Of a stretch of 64,000 nt of DNA, positions 44,598 through 54,219 are shown in pieces. Source of the DNA: Bacteroidales bacterium UBA1219 (GTDB lineage Bacteria > Bacteroidota > Bacteroidia > Bacteroidales > P3); the NCBI GenBank assembly GCA_002309295.1, contig DBXF01000013.1:11143-75142 (forward strand), read 5' to 3'. Position 1 is the stretch's first letter, and each line of letters opens with the position of its first letter. Below the pieces are notes generated by a model. That model ran no database searches and had not been told where the DNA came from. It saw only the letters and a list, made by a program, of their open reading frames with translations. The translations under genes were made by a program, and so were the position numbers.

Positions 44598-46958
44598 TTA
44601 TTTCTTTATGATTTTTTTCACGTTGCCGGCGTATTTCACAATGTAAACGCCCTGTTGCAGGTTGCTCACGTTGATTGTTGCAGTGCCTTCGGCGATATTC
44701 TGTCTGGCCACTGTTCTGCCAGCCATGTCGATGATTTCCACCTGGGCATTGTCGCGAACATTACCGCTAACGGTTACAGTAACTTTATCCTCGGCAGGGT
44801 TGGGATAGACGGTGAACTCGGCTGCTTCGGCGGTTTGCACACCAAGGAAATCGAACTGAGCGCCTTCTTTCAGCTCGTAGCCGTAGTTGAGTTCCACGTA
44901 GTTGGTGAAGTTGTTGTTGTTGGTAAGCACCACGTATGTCTTTCCTGTGCTGTGCAGAGGCACGTCGAACTGACCTTCGGCCAGTTTTCCGAAATAATAT
45001 TCAGCATTGGCCGACATATCGCCATTTTTGAATCTGCTGATATTGGATTCATCAACAACATAAATGCTCACGTTACCCAGTGTTTTGGTACGTTGGAAGA
45101 AACGTCCGCCCTGGGCATCCACTGTACGTTGACCGGTGGTAACATTGTCGGCTTTAACCGAGAGGCTGAGGCTCTTGGTGGCGGGATATTCTGTCTGGGT
45201 GTAGCTTACTCGGTTACGTTGAGGTGTAAGGGTGGTGTCGAAAGTATATGTCTTGGAATATGTACGTCCGGCCACGGTTTTCATAGTGGTATAAACCTGA
45301 TACACCTGATTTGCTGTGCTGGGGAAAGAGCCGAATTTCGGGTGATAGACTTTCATGTAGTACTTGTTGCCTGTACCCACAGCTATATTCACTTCACCAT
45401 GGGCGTCGGTCCAAACATAGCCGGCACTCAATATGGAGGGGCTGGTAGCGCTGTACTGATAGTTGGTAGAATACAGATTGATTCTAGCACCATCGACGGG
45501 TTTGCCATCGCGACCTTTGATAGTTAATTTCAGACGACAGCCTGTTGTATCGTCGGAATAGGTTTTGGACACGTTGATATAGTTACCATCGGGCACTTCG
45601 CCATGTACGAAAGAGCTAGCCCAGCCGTAGTTGCCGTCGAATTGCAAGTTGGTCATTCCCCAGAAAGCTCCACGTCCCGAAGAGAGTCCACCGCGGAAGA
45701 ATTCGTAGTGATGCCATACACTGTCGCCACCGTCGTGAATGGCTGCCCACACGTGGTCGTCGCAGTTGTCGGAGATATGCATACAGGGTATCAGACAGGT
45801 ACGTGCGGCCGAGGTTACCAGTATGGCGTCCTCGTGACAGTTGCCGAAATGGTTTGTGGCTATCTGGTTGGGTTGCGAGGAACGCATCTGACTGGTAGAG
45901 GTAACATCCCAAGGAATGCAACGCGAGCACCAGTTGCCGAGCACATCCAAAGCACTTTGGCTTTCGCTGTAGTTTCGGTTGAAATACCAAGCTGTAGGTC
46001 TCTCATCCCACAAGTATTCGGGCATCTGCATCAGTTGTCCTAAACGGTGTATAGTGTCGATACAAACGCTGTCGCGATTACCCGAAGGCAACATGGGATA
46101 GCCGCACATGTGCACGTTTTGGTATTCGTGCAAAGCACTGGGGTTGTTCCAAAGGAAATCGCGCCAGAAATAGCCCCATGTGCGCTGGTCGGTGTACGAG
46201 GTGATGTCGCGCACCACAAGAGCTTCGTCGTACAGCTTGGGCATTACTATAAACATATAATAATAGTAGCGGTCCACTTCGCGCCAAATGTAGTTGGAGC
46301 CTTGTTTTATCTTATATTCGGTGGTGGTGTACCAGTCGTCGGTGTTAGTGTCGCCGTATTCTTTCAAACGAACATATTTCAGAGAGTCGGCATGTGCATA
46401 TATCATCTCGACATTGCGCACCAGATACTGCCAGTCGGAAGCTTGGTTGAAAGCGGAATGAGTAAGCACTTCGGCAGGCAGATAGGTGAGCTGGAAGGCC
46501 ACTTCGTCGAGAAATTGCTTCGGGGTTTCGTTTATCATCTGCACCATGCGTGTCTGGTAAGTCGATGTCATGCGACGGAACTTGAAACGCAGGTCGTATT
46601 GCATCCATACGGGAACTCTGGCGATGGCGCTTTCTATCGTCGACGAAAGCTGTATGTGGGTGCTGTCGTCGGTAATGGTGTCGTTTTCCACGGCAATAAT
46701 TACCGATTCGCCCGGGGCAAGCATACGTTTGTTGTCCATGGTGACCGATTTGGTGAAAGGCCTACCGATGTTTATGCTCTGATATGCCGGAGTGTTGTCG
46801 TCGGGCAATGCCAAAACGCTCGTTGCCGGAACGGAGTTAGGACTGTAGATGCCTGGCATCTCCTGCGGACCCGCGGGCTTGGTTACTACAAAGTTCTGCT
46901 GGGCGCTTGCGCACAACGCTCCAAACAGCAATGCGATGGTGAGTGCTACTCTTTTCAT
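44598..46958 (-). CDS. T9SS-secreted transglutaminase-like cysteine protease superfamily protein
   Basis: Signal peptide, a transglutaminase-core pattern (GNCHEDAILVTSAARTCLIPC...DDHVWAAIHD), and a type-A T9SS C-terminal domain (VYPNPAEDKVTV...QGVYIVKY). Confidence 0.7.
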   Translation of the reverse strand: MKRVALTIALLFGALCASAQQNFVVTKPAGPQEMPGIYSPNSVPATSVLALPDDNTPAYQSINIGRPFTKSVTMDNKRMLAPGESVIIAVENDTITDDSTHIQLSSTIESAIARVPVWMQYDLRFKFRRMTSTYQTRMVQMINETPKQFLDEVAFQLTYLPAEVLTHSAFNQASDWQYLVRNVEMIYAHADSLKYVRLKEYGDTNTDDWYTTTEYKIKQGSNYIWREVDRYYYYMFIVMPKLYDEALVVRDITSYTDQRTWGYFWRDFLWNNPSALHEYQNVHMCGYPMLPSGNRDSVCIDTIHRLGQLMQMPEYLWDERPTAWYFNRNYSESQSALDVLGNWCSRCIPWDVTSTSQMRSSQPNQIATNHFGNCHEDAILVTSAARTCLIPCMHISDNCDDHVWAAIHDGGDSVWHHYEFFRGGLSSGRGAFWGMTNLQFDGNYGWASSFVHGEVPDGNYINVSKTYSDDTTGCRLKLTIKGRDGKPVDGARINLYSTNYQYSATSPSILSAGYVWTDAHGEVNIAVGTGNKYYMKVYHPKFGSFPSTANQVYQVYTTMKTVAGRTYSKTYTFDTTLTPQRNRVSYTQTEYPATKSLSLSVKADNVTTGQRTVDAQGGRFFQRTKTLGNVSIYVVDESNISRFKNGDMSANAEYYFGKLAEGQFDVPLHSTGKTYVVLTNNNNFTNYVELNYGYELKEGAQFDFLGVQTAEAAEFTVYPNPAEDKVTVTVSGNVRDNAQVEIIDMAGRTVARQNIAEGTATINVSNLQQGVYIVKYAGNVKKIIKK

Positions 46959-47029
46959 TTTCTGTAAATGTTTATTTTTTAATGTTTTATATTTCTTTTC
47001 AGCCTTCGTTACAACTACGAAAGGAACTG

Positions 47030-47037
47030 CAAATATA
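47030..47037 (-). promoter_or_regulatory. -7 promoter box (TATATTTG on minus strand) for the 44598..46958 gene
   Basis: Plus strand reads CAAATATA, 72 nt upstream of the ATG at 46958. Confidence 0.45.
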
Positions 47038-47082
47038 CATTTTTTATTTGGATTTTCCGAGCATCGGGCTGTTTTTTTAGCT

Positions 47083-47117
47083 CAAAAAAATGGCGGACTG
47101 ATTACCAATCCGCCATT
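47083..47117 (-). terminator. Intrinsic terminator of tig (potentially bidirectional)
   Basis: AATGGCGGA / TCCGCCATT 9-bp stem flanked by an A-run on one side and a T-run on the other. Lies 30 nt after the tig stop. Confidence 0.7.
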
Positions 47118-47146
47118 ATGTTGTTTTTTTTTGTAGTTCTAAAAGC

Positions 47147-48502
47147 TTAGCCGCGGGCTTTCTCCACAAACTCCTTGATGGAGATTTTTTCGGCTGCGGG
47201 TTTTGCCTTCTCGCTGAAGAGCTTGAACATCATCTCGCCGCGCAGACGGCCGTAGATCTGTTCCACGTTCTGACGGTCCTTGGCGATGGTCTCGGCCATC
47301 TCGCCAATACGTTTCTCGTAGTCCTCGTCGCTCTCCTCGTCTTTCTTGGCATCGCGCTGTTTCAGAATGTTCGAAACTTCTTTCACCACATCGGCGTGCG
47401 AAGGAGTGATGTTGCCTTCCTTGCCGAGATTCTCTTCCAGTATCTCAACTTTGATGGAGGGCAGATACTTGGTTTCCCAATTGTTGACAACCTCTTCAAG
47501 AGTCTGGTCTTTCTCGCCTCTGTCGGCAATGTAGCGTTGCAGGAAATTGGTGGGCAACTCGGTATTGAAGTTGTCGAGAAGCCATTTCTCAACATCGTTC
47601 ACGTACATTATATCGCACTGACGGGCGTAGCTTTCTTCGATGTCTTTCTTTATGGCTTTCTTGAACTGCTCCGCTGTGGTGATGCCTGCACCTGGATACA
47701 TCTTGTCGTAAAGTTCCTGATTAACCTCGTGCGGGGTGATGTGAGCCAGGCTGCTGATTGTAAGTTCTATCTCGGCTTTGTATTTCTTAGCGTCGGCGGG
47801 AGCCAGATGGAAAATCTGCTCGATGTCTGCGGCGGCGAAGGCCTTGCCGACGTTCAGTTTAATCACGTCGTTGGCTTTCTTGCCCATAAGGGATTGTTTT
47901 ATCTCTTCGTCTTTGATTTTGCCCACTTCGAAGGTGAGGTATTTCTCGTTCTCGCCCTCTTTTTTCTCGCCTTTCACCAGTTCCACGTAGCGGCCGTAGA
48001 TAGCGTCGCTGTCGTTGGCGATTTCGGCGGGGATTTCAAATTTGCCGTAGTTGCGGCATGACATTTCTATCTGTTCGTCAACATCCTTTGCAGCCACTTT
48101 CACCTGATACAGCTTGGCGTCGATTTTGTTCCATTCGATGTTCATTGTGGGGAACAAGGCGGCGTCGAAATAGAATGTGAAGTCGGTCTGGTGGTCGAAA
48201 TCCAGCGTGCCGGTCTTTTCGTGGTTGGAGATGGGCAGTCCGATGAGGTCGAGTTTCTCGTCGGTAATGTATTTGTAGAGAGCGTCGTTGAGGGTGTTCT
48301 GAACGGTGTCGGCAACAACAGCGCCTTTGTACTGTCTGTTTATCAGTCCCATTGGAGCCATGCCTTTTCTAAATCCGGGGATATTGGCCTTCTGGCGGTA
48401 CTCTTTGAGAGTTTTGGTAACTTTTTCGCTGTAGTCGGCTTCGTTGATGTCAACTTTAATCAAAAGTTCAAGATCACTTACATTTTCTCTTGTTATATTC
48501 AT
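47147..48502 (-). CDS. tig: Trigger factor
   Basis: 451 aa. The N-terminus and FKBP-like middle domain match the Bacteroidota trigger factor layout. Confidence 0.85.
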   Translation of the reverse strand: MNITRENVSDLELLIKVDINEADYSEKVTKTLKEYRQKANIPGFRKGMAPMGLINRQYKGAVVADTVQNTLNDALYKYITDEKLDLIGLPISNHEKTGTLDFDHQTDFTFYFDAALFPTMNIEWNKIDAKLYQVKVAAKDVDEQIEMSCRNYGKFEIPAEIANDSDAIYGRYVELVKGEKKEGENEKYLTFEVGKIKDEEIKQSLMGKKANDVIKLNVGKAFAAADIEQIFHLAPADAKKYKAEIELTISSLAHITPHEVNQELYDKMYPGAGITTAEQFKKAIKKDIEESYARQCDIMYVNDVEKWLLDNFNTELPTNFLQRYIADRGEKDQTLEEVVNNWETKYLPSIKVEILEENLGKEGNITPSHADVVKEVSNILKQRDAKKDEESDEDYEKRIGEMAETIAKDRQNVEQIYGRLRGEMMFKLFSEKAKPAAEKISIKEFVEKARG

Positions 48503-48559
48503 CTTATTTTTTTTGTATAATGGTGATTACTAATACTATATACTTTTCAATGGAATTTG

Positions 48560-48567
48560 CAAAGTTA
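48560..48567 (-). promoter_or_regulatory. -7 promoter box (TAACTTTG on minus strand) for tig
   Basis: Plus strand reads CAAAGTTA within the 35-bp block 48556-48590. That block is duplicated at 49392-49426. Confidence 0.55.
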
Positions 48568-48664
48568 CGAACTTTTTACGGAAAAAACAAATTTTTTTTA
48601 CGGCTATTCAAAAGTTGTTCACAAAACAAAAAAAAAGATTACGATAATTATGTAAAAAAACGTG

Positions 48665-49351
48665 TCACCATGCCATAGCCCACCAACAAACACGAGACAC
48701 ATTTCGTGACACAGCAATACCTTTTGCATAGCCATGTTTCCAATGGTCCGACAATACAGGTCTTTGCTCTTCTAATGCCTTCTTTTTATTCTTCCAAAAA
48801 TTACCATTATGAGCTTCTAACACGTAAACAATAAGGTCTTCTGGCAGTATCTCTCTATTATCTATATATTGTTTATTATCAATAATCAGCGTGTCTTTGT
48901 ATTTGCCAAGTTTAAAATATGCATAGCGCATATTGGCAATAGGAATTTGAAGCGAATCTTTCATTGTGTTACGATACGATTCTGCATGTCTCATATATGG
49001 CACATCTATTGTAAATGTTGTTTCATCGTATTTTAATCTGTCTATATAATTAAGTGCCTCCAAACTATCCATCGTTGCTGTCGACACTTTTTTTGAATAA
49101 TATGCACAACATCGGAATCCGCTTTCCCACGGCGATGAATAATATGAACCCCATTCGTTTTCTGAAGACAAGTTAAAACAATCGTCAGGGAAGAAATCTA
49201 TGATATTAGTTTCATACATTGAACCCAACTGCCTGACAAACTGCTCTCTGGAAGGGTCATTCTTTACGCCATCGTTATATTGCGCACAACCAACAAACGG
49301 AATCGTAAATACAAAAAACAGCAGCAGCGATATTATTATTCTTTTCATCAT
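48665..49351 (-). CDS. Hypothetical lipoprotein (228 aa), AT-rich orphan
   Basis: Signal peptide with lipobox (FVGC). No recognisable domain, and AT-rich relative to tig and exbB. Confidence 0.6.
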   Translation of the reverse strand: MMKRIIISLLLFFVFTIPFVGCAQYNDGVKNDPSREQFVRQLGSMYETNIIDFFPDDCFNLSSENEWGSYYSSPWESGFRCCAYYSKKVSTATMDSLEALNYIDRLKYDETTFTIDVPYMRHAESYRNTMKDSLQIPIANMRYAYFKLGKYKDTLIIDNKQYIDNREILPEDLIVYVLEAHNGNFWKNKKKALEEQRPVLSDHWKHGYAKGIAVSRNVSRVCWWAMAW

Positions 49352-49395
49352 TTTTATGACTATGTGTAAAGTTTATAACTGCAACAAATGTTTTG

Positions 49396-49403
49396 CAAAG
49401 TTA
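49396..49403 (-). promoter_or_regulatory. -7 promoter box (TAACTTTG), a duplicate of the tig promoter, driving the orphan lipoprotein gene
   Basis: 34 of 35 nt are identical to 48556-48590. Lies 45 nt upstream of the ATG at 49351. Confidence 0.55.
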
Positions 49404-49532
49404 CGAACTTTTTACGGATAAAACAATATTTGTTACAAATATTAATATGAAGGATACGAATCATCCACAAAACTAACATATTGCTGTTGAAATAATTCGG
49501 ACACCCGCACGTTACAACGACGAAAGAAACGT

Positions 49533-49540
49533 TATTTTTG
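49533..49540 (+). promoter_or_regulatory. -7 promoter box TATTTTTG for exbB-exbD-tonB
   Basis: TAnnTTTG followed by CA, 18 nt upstream of the ATG at 49559. The TTG start of the tracked ORF lies inside this box. Confidence 0.5.
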
Positions 49541-49558
49541 CAAAAAATCATTAATAAT

Positions 49559-50272
49559 ATGTTTAAAGGTATTTTATTAGCAATCAATGAAATAGACTCT
49601 GCAACACAAGTCGCCGCAGAGGCTTCCGAAACTGCAGTAACCACAGAAAAGCTGTCACTTTGGGAGATGGCGATGAACGGCGGATGGATAATGTGGGTGC
49701 TGCTGGCACTCTTAATTTTGTGCCTGTACATTTTTATCGAGCGTTTTCTCACCCTCAACCGCACGCTGAAATCTGACTCCACGCAGTTCATGACCAACAT
49801 ACGCAACTACATACACCAAGGCGATATCGATGGTGCCCGCTCGTTGGCAAAATCCACTAACTCGCCCATCGCACGCATGGTGGATTCGGGACTTTCGCGC
49901 CTCGGACGTCCACTGAGCGACATACAGACTTCCATCGAAAATGTGGGACGTCTGGAAGTGTCTGACCTCGAAAAACGCGTGTCGCTGATAGCCACCGTGG
50001 CCAGCCTAGGACCCATGATAGGCTTCCTCGGCACCGTTACCGGTATGATTAAAGCCTTCTTCGACATGGCTCACGCCGGAAACAACATAGAAATAAGCGT
50101 GCTCTCGAGTGGCATCTACGAAGCCATGGTAACCACCGTGGGCGGTCTCATCGTCGGCATCATTGCCTATTTCCTTTACACACTGCTCGTAAGCCGTATC
50201 AACAACGTGGTGTTCCAACTCGAGGCCCGTACCATAGAATTTATGGACCTGCTTAACGAACCCGAATCGTAA
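49559..50272 (+). CDS. exbB: MotA/TolQ/ExbB proton-channel protein
   Basis: Three TM segments plus a conserved C-terminal channel region (GPMIGFLGTVTGMI..F). Start moved to the first ATG downstream of the promoter box. Confidence 0.85.
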   Translation: MFKGILLAINEIDSATQVAAEASETAVTTEKLSLWEMAMNGGWIMWVLLALLILCLYIFIERFLTLNRTLKSDSTQFMTNIRNYIHQGDIDGARSLAKSTNSPIARMVDSGLSRLGRPLSDIQTSIENVGRLEVSDLEKRVSLIATVASLGPMIGFLGTVTGMIKAFFDMAHAGNNIEISVLSSGIYEAMVTTVGGLIVGIIAYFLYTLLVSRINNVVFQLEARTIEFMDLLNEPES

Positions 50273-50305
50273 GTCATTTTCAATCACTATTTTAAACGAT
50301 AGGTT

Positions 50306-50731
50306 ATGATACGCAGTCAAAACCAGATAAAGATAGAATCGAACAGCTCCACCATGTCGGACTTGGTGTTTCTGCTGCTGATTTTCTTTATGATAACCTC
50401 CACGCTGATAAGTCCCAACGCCGTGAAACTGCTTCTGCCCGAGAGCAACAGCAAAACCATGGCCAAGCAGAACGTAACTGTTTACATCGACGACCAGTTT
50501 GCCTTTTACGTCGACGGCGAGCCGGCTTCCATCGAAACCCTCGAGCCGATGATACAAGAAGGCATTGTGAAAAGTGTTACCGACGGCGAGACTCACGACG
50601 CCTGCGTGGTGCTACGCTCCGACAAAACGGTGCCAGTGCAATACGTTGTCAATGTGATAGACGCCGTGAATGCCATCAACGAACATACCGGTGCACAACA
50701 TAAAGTGATATTGGCCACAAGCCCCAAATAA
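50306..50731 (+). CDS. exbD: ExbD/TolR biopolymer transport protein
   Basis: 141 aa with an N-terminal TM preceded by MSDLVFLLLIFFMIT, an ExbD signature. Confidence 0.85.
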   Translation: MIRSQNQIKIESNSSTMSDLVFLLLIFFMITSTLISPNAVKLLLPESNSKTMAKQNVTVYIDDQFAFYVDGEPASIETLEPMIQEGIVKSVTDGETHDACVVLRSDKTVPVQYVVNVIDAVNAINEHTGAQHKVILATSPK

Positions 50732-50741
50732 ACTTGCACAC

Positions 50742-51524
50742 ATGAAAGCCCCCGAAGAACAAAGAAACGACAGGATAAAAGCAGCCGCAGGCACCCTCAT
50801 AACGATAGGTGTACTGTTTATGGCACTTTTTTTGCTGGGACTTTCGTACCAGAACCCGCCTCCCGAAGAGCAGGGCGTTGAGGTGAACCTCGGCGACAGC
50901 GACTTCGGCTTTGGCGACAACCCCGAACCCGAACCCACCGAAAATCCAGCGCCACGTCCCACCACTCCTCCGCGTCCTACCGCTGTGGCAGAAAACATAA
51001 GCACTCAAAGCACTCAGCAGAGCGTGGCCATCAACAAAAAGGAAAACAAGAAAGAAGATAAACAAACTAAAGTGGAGCCCACTCCCGAACAGCCCAAAGA
51101 GCCCGAGATAAACCAGAAAGCTCTGTTCCCCGGCACCAAAAAGACCAACCAGTCCGGCGGCAGCGAGGGCAAGACCTACGGTCCAGGCAACCAAGGCAAG
51201 GCCGGCGGCGACCCCAACAGCAACCGCTACGACGGCACTCCGGGCAAAGGCGGCACAGGATGGTCGCTGAAAGGACGTACCGCAAAAGCCCTTCCCGAAC
51301 CCAACTACAACTCCAACCAACAGGGCAAAGTGATAGTTAAGATATGGGTGGACCGCAATGGCAACGTAACCCGCGCTGAAGCTCAGGCCAACTCCACTAT
51401 AACCGATGCCGGACTGAAGAAACAGGCCGAAAACGCCGCCATGAGGTCCAAATTCAGTCCCGACCCCAACGCATCGGAACTGCAGACCGGCACCATCACC
51501 TACGATTTCCGCAAGTTCAACTAA
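50742..51524 (+). CDS. tonB: Energy transducer TonB
   Basis: TM anchor, a Pro/Glu/Lys-rich linker, and a C-terminal TonB domain (GKVIVKIWVDRNGNV). Confidence 0.8.
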   Translation: MKAPEEQRNDRIKAAAGTLITIGVLFMALFLLGLSYQNPPPEEQGVEVNLGDSDFGFGDNPEPEPTENPAPRPTTPPRPTAVAENISTQSTQQSVAINKKENKKEDKQTKVEPTPEQPKEPEINQKALFPGTKKTNQSGGSEGKTYGPGNQGKAGGDPNSNRYDGTPGKGGTGWSLKGRTAKALPEPNYNSNQQGKVIVKIWVDRNGNVTRAEAQANSTITDAGLKKQAENAAMRSKFSPDPNASELQTGTITYDFRKFN

Positions 51525-51535
51525 ACGCAGCGTTT

Positions 51536-52285
51536 ATGCGTTATTTCATGCACTTGGCCTACAACGGCACTCCATACCACGGCTGGCAGATACAGCCCAA
51601 CGCCCCTACCGTGCAACATACTTTGGAGGAAGCCCTTTCCATTTTCTGCAACGAAAAAATCAATATCGTGGGCTGCGGCCGCACCGACACCGGAGTTCAT
51701 GCCACCAATTTCTATGCCCATTTCGACACCCAACAGCAGTTCGACGAAAACCAACTTACACATATATTATATAAGGTAAACGCTTTTGCAGGCGAAAACA
51801 TAGCCGTGTACCGCATTTTCCCCGTAGCCGACGATTTCCACGCCCGTTTCAGCGCCACGGCCCGCACCTACCAATACCATGTGGCCACGCAAAAAATGCC
51901 CTTCCGTCAGGAGTTTGTATACCGCATTTTTTTCGACCTTGATGTGGAAAAGATGAATGCCGCCGCCGAAATCCTTTACCAGTACGAGGATTTCACCTCT
52001 TTCTCCAAACTTCACACCCAAACAGCTACCAACAACTGCAATGTGATGTACGCGCATTGGGACGAGATAGACAACGAACTGATTTTCACCATAAAAGCCA
52101 ACCGCTTTCTGCGTAATATGGTGCGCGCCATCACCGGAACGCTCATCGATGTGGGACGCGGAAAAATCACCCTCGACGACTTCCGCAACATAATCGAGAG
52201 TCGCAACCGCTGCAACGCCGGCACCTCGCTGCCCGCCAAAGCCTTGTTTCTCACCGAAGTAGAGTACGGTGACACAAAACTTTAA
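51536..52285 (+). CDS. truA: tRNA pseudouridine(38-40) synthase
   Basis: YNGT.YHGWQ.Q and the catalytic Asp motif GCGRTDTGVHA. Confidence 0.9.
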   Translation: MRYFMHLAYNGTPYHGWQIQPNAPTVQHTLEEALSIFCNEKINIVGCGRTDTGVHATNFYAHFDTQQQFDENQLTHILYKVNAFAGENIAVYRIFPVADDFHARFSATARTYQYHVATQKMPFRQEFVYRIFFDLDVEKMNAAAEILYQYEDFTSFSKLHTQTATNNCNVMYAHWDEIDNELIFTIKANRFLRNMVRAITGTLIDVGRGKITLDDFRNIIESRNRCNAGTSLPAKALFLTEVEYGDTKL

Positions 52286-52373
52286 CATCCTATTTGTTAA
52301 AAAAAACTCACTCCACACAATTTGACGGCATTTTTGACGTTAAAGTCGTAGAATTATCCCTAAATCACACCTC

Positions 52374-52787
52374 ATGAATTTAGAAATACTTATAAAACAA
52401 GGCATTGGCGATGTCCGTTTTGGCATGACCATGGCCGAAGCCGAGAAAAAATTGGGTCAACCAACCGAGACCGAAAACATCGACGACGCAACGGGCGAAC
52501 AAATCACCGTAATCCACTACGACGACCAAGAGCTGTCGCTGTTTTTCGAAGGTGCCGACAAACTGCTCAACTGCATCGACATATCCAACGAAGACACCAC
52601 TCTGTTCGGAGAAAAGATCTTCGACAAGAACGAACGCGAGATTGTGAGCCTTCTTGTGGCCAACAAATACTACGAGCAGGACATCGAAAACGAAGCGTGG
52701 GGCGAACGGCGCGTCTCCTTCGCCGACGGCAATATCGACCTGTTTTTTGTGGACAACGAACTTAGCTCTGTCTCCATTGGAAGGTAA
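52374..52787 (+). CDS. Hypothetical cytoplasmic protein (137 aa)
   Basis: ORF with host-like codon usage and no signal peptide or recognisable motif. Confidence 0.5.
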   Translation: MNLEILIKQGIGDVRFGMTMAEAEKKLGQPTETENIDDATGEQITVIHYDDQELSLFFEGADKLLNCIDISNEDTTLFGEKIFDKNEREIVSLLVANKYYEQDIENEAWGERRVSFADGNIDLFFVDNELSSVSIGR

Positions 52788-52788
52788 A

Positions 52789-53421
52789 ATGCCCATCTTC
52801 AGCACTGCTTATTTCCCCTGCACCGCCTATATGACGGCACTTGCAGCCTGTCCGTCGGCAAGGGTGGAGGCTTTCGAGACCTACCCAAAACAAACCTACC
52901 GCAACCGCACCGTAATAGCCACCGCCAACGGCCTGCTACCACTCACGGTAAACGTCACAAAACCCAACGGCAACCACACCCTAACCAAGGACATAACCAT
53001 CTGCAGGAAAGAGAACTGGCCCGTGCAGCACTGGCGCGCTATAGAGTCGGCCTACAACGCATCACCCTATTTCCTATACTACTCCGACGATGTACGGAAA
53101 CTTATTCTCGGCAGCCATAAATACCTTCTCGACCTGAATATGGATATCCTGACTTACCTCGTTGGAAAACTGAAACTTACAACAGGCATAACTCTTACAT
53201 CGGACTTTGTGTCCCCAGACCAAGCCGACAACGACTACCGCAACGTGTTTTCTCCAAAAGCCGAGCAAAGCCTCTTCAGCGACCGTCCCCCCTACCCTCA
53301 GGTTTTCGACGAAAAGAACGGTTTTTTCCCGAACATCAGCATCCTCGACCTACTTTTCAACCTCGGTCCCGAAAGTAAGCAATACCTGAAAGAAGCCGGA
53401 GATACTTTTACAAACCTTTAA
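52789..53421 (+). CDS. WbqC family protein
   Basis: The start at MPIFSTAYFP, 2 nt after the previous stop, is typical of Bacteroidota WbqC-like proteins (..YPKQTYRNR..I...NG...L). Confidence 0.65.
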   Translation: MPIFSTAYFPCTAYMTALAACPSARVEAFETYPKQTYRNRTVIATANGLLPLTVNVTKPNGNHTLTKDITICRKENWPVQHWRAIESAYNASPYFLYYSDDVRKLILGSHKYLLDLNMDILTYLVGKLKLTTGITLTSDFVSPDQADNDYRNVFSPKAEQSLFSDRPPYPQVFDEKNGFFPNISILDLLFNLGPESKQYLKEAGDTFTNL

Positions 53422-53434
53422 CAACCAATATCCT

Positions 53435-54052
53435 ATGAGAAAAATCGTTGCAATCGTTTTGTTTGGAATGGTTGTGGGTTTTGGCAACACTTTTGCCCAA
53501 CTGCCCTCGAATATAAAATGCTGGCAAGCCCCCAACATCTTGGCCGACAGCGCAAAAACGTTGGCCGACAACACGGTGGTTTACGACCCTTCATACCGAC
53601 AAATCCCCTACCCCAACGGCGATGTGCCGCCAAAAATCGGAGTATGTACCGACGTGGTTATCAGGGCTTTCCGCAAGGCTTTCAACTGGGATTTGCAGAA
53701 AAGCATCTACGAGTTCCGCAAAGCCAAGAAACAGCCCACCAATACCAATATCGACCACCGCAGAGTGAAAAACCTTATGGCCTATTTCGACGAGGTGAAA
53801 CAATTGCGCAACGACAAAGGGGGCAAATACCGCAAAGGCAACATCGTCATCTGGAATCTCGGCAACGGAAAGCTGCACATCGGAATTCTTGTTGAGGACG
53901 ATGTAATTATCCACAACATCTGCTGCGGCCAGGAGGTTGAACCTATGTATATGCAGGACAAGGTGATACGCAACTACACATGGCGGTGTCTCGAGTTGGA
54001 AGGTCTTTCACCTAAAGAGATATACGATAAATACAAAGCGGGGGAACTGTAA
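53435..54052 (+). CDS. DUF1287 domain protein, secreted
   Basis: Signal peptide plus YDPSYRQIPYPNGDVPPKIGVCTDVVIRAFR, the DUF1287 signature as I recall it. Confidence 0.65.
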   Translation: MRKIVAIVLFGMVVGFGNTFAQLPSNIKCWQAPNILADSAKTLADNTVVYDPSYRQIPYPNGDVPPKIGVCTDVVIRAFRKAFNWDLQKSIYEFRKAKKQPTNTNIDHRRVKNLMAYFDEVKQLRNDKGGKYRKGNIVIWNLGNGKLHIGILVEDDVIIHNICCGQEVEPMYMQDKVIRNYTWRCLELEGLSPKEIYDKYKAGEL

Positions 54053-54219
54053 AAAACGTCCTCTCTCCCCATACTATCACATTTTAATCCTCACGCATGT
54101 AAATACTTTTTTTGCAACAAAAATACATTTATGTCGTATAAATAAAAATCTTTGAGGCCAAAAAGCCTCAATAATAATACAAATAGGTGATATACAATAA
54201 TTTAAAAACAATAAATTAG

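Noticed and set aside
49538-49558. TTG start of exbB at 49538 (and similarly 52654 for wbqC, 33757 for the TPR gene, 16111 for the islet gene)
   Set aside because: These upstream starts fall inside or upstream of the predicted promoter box, or inside the preceding gene. Downstream ATGs give canonical N-termini or signal peptides.
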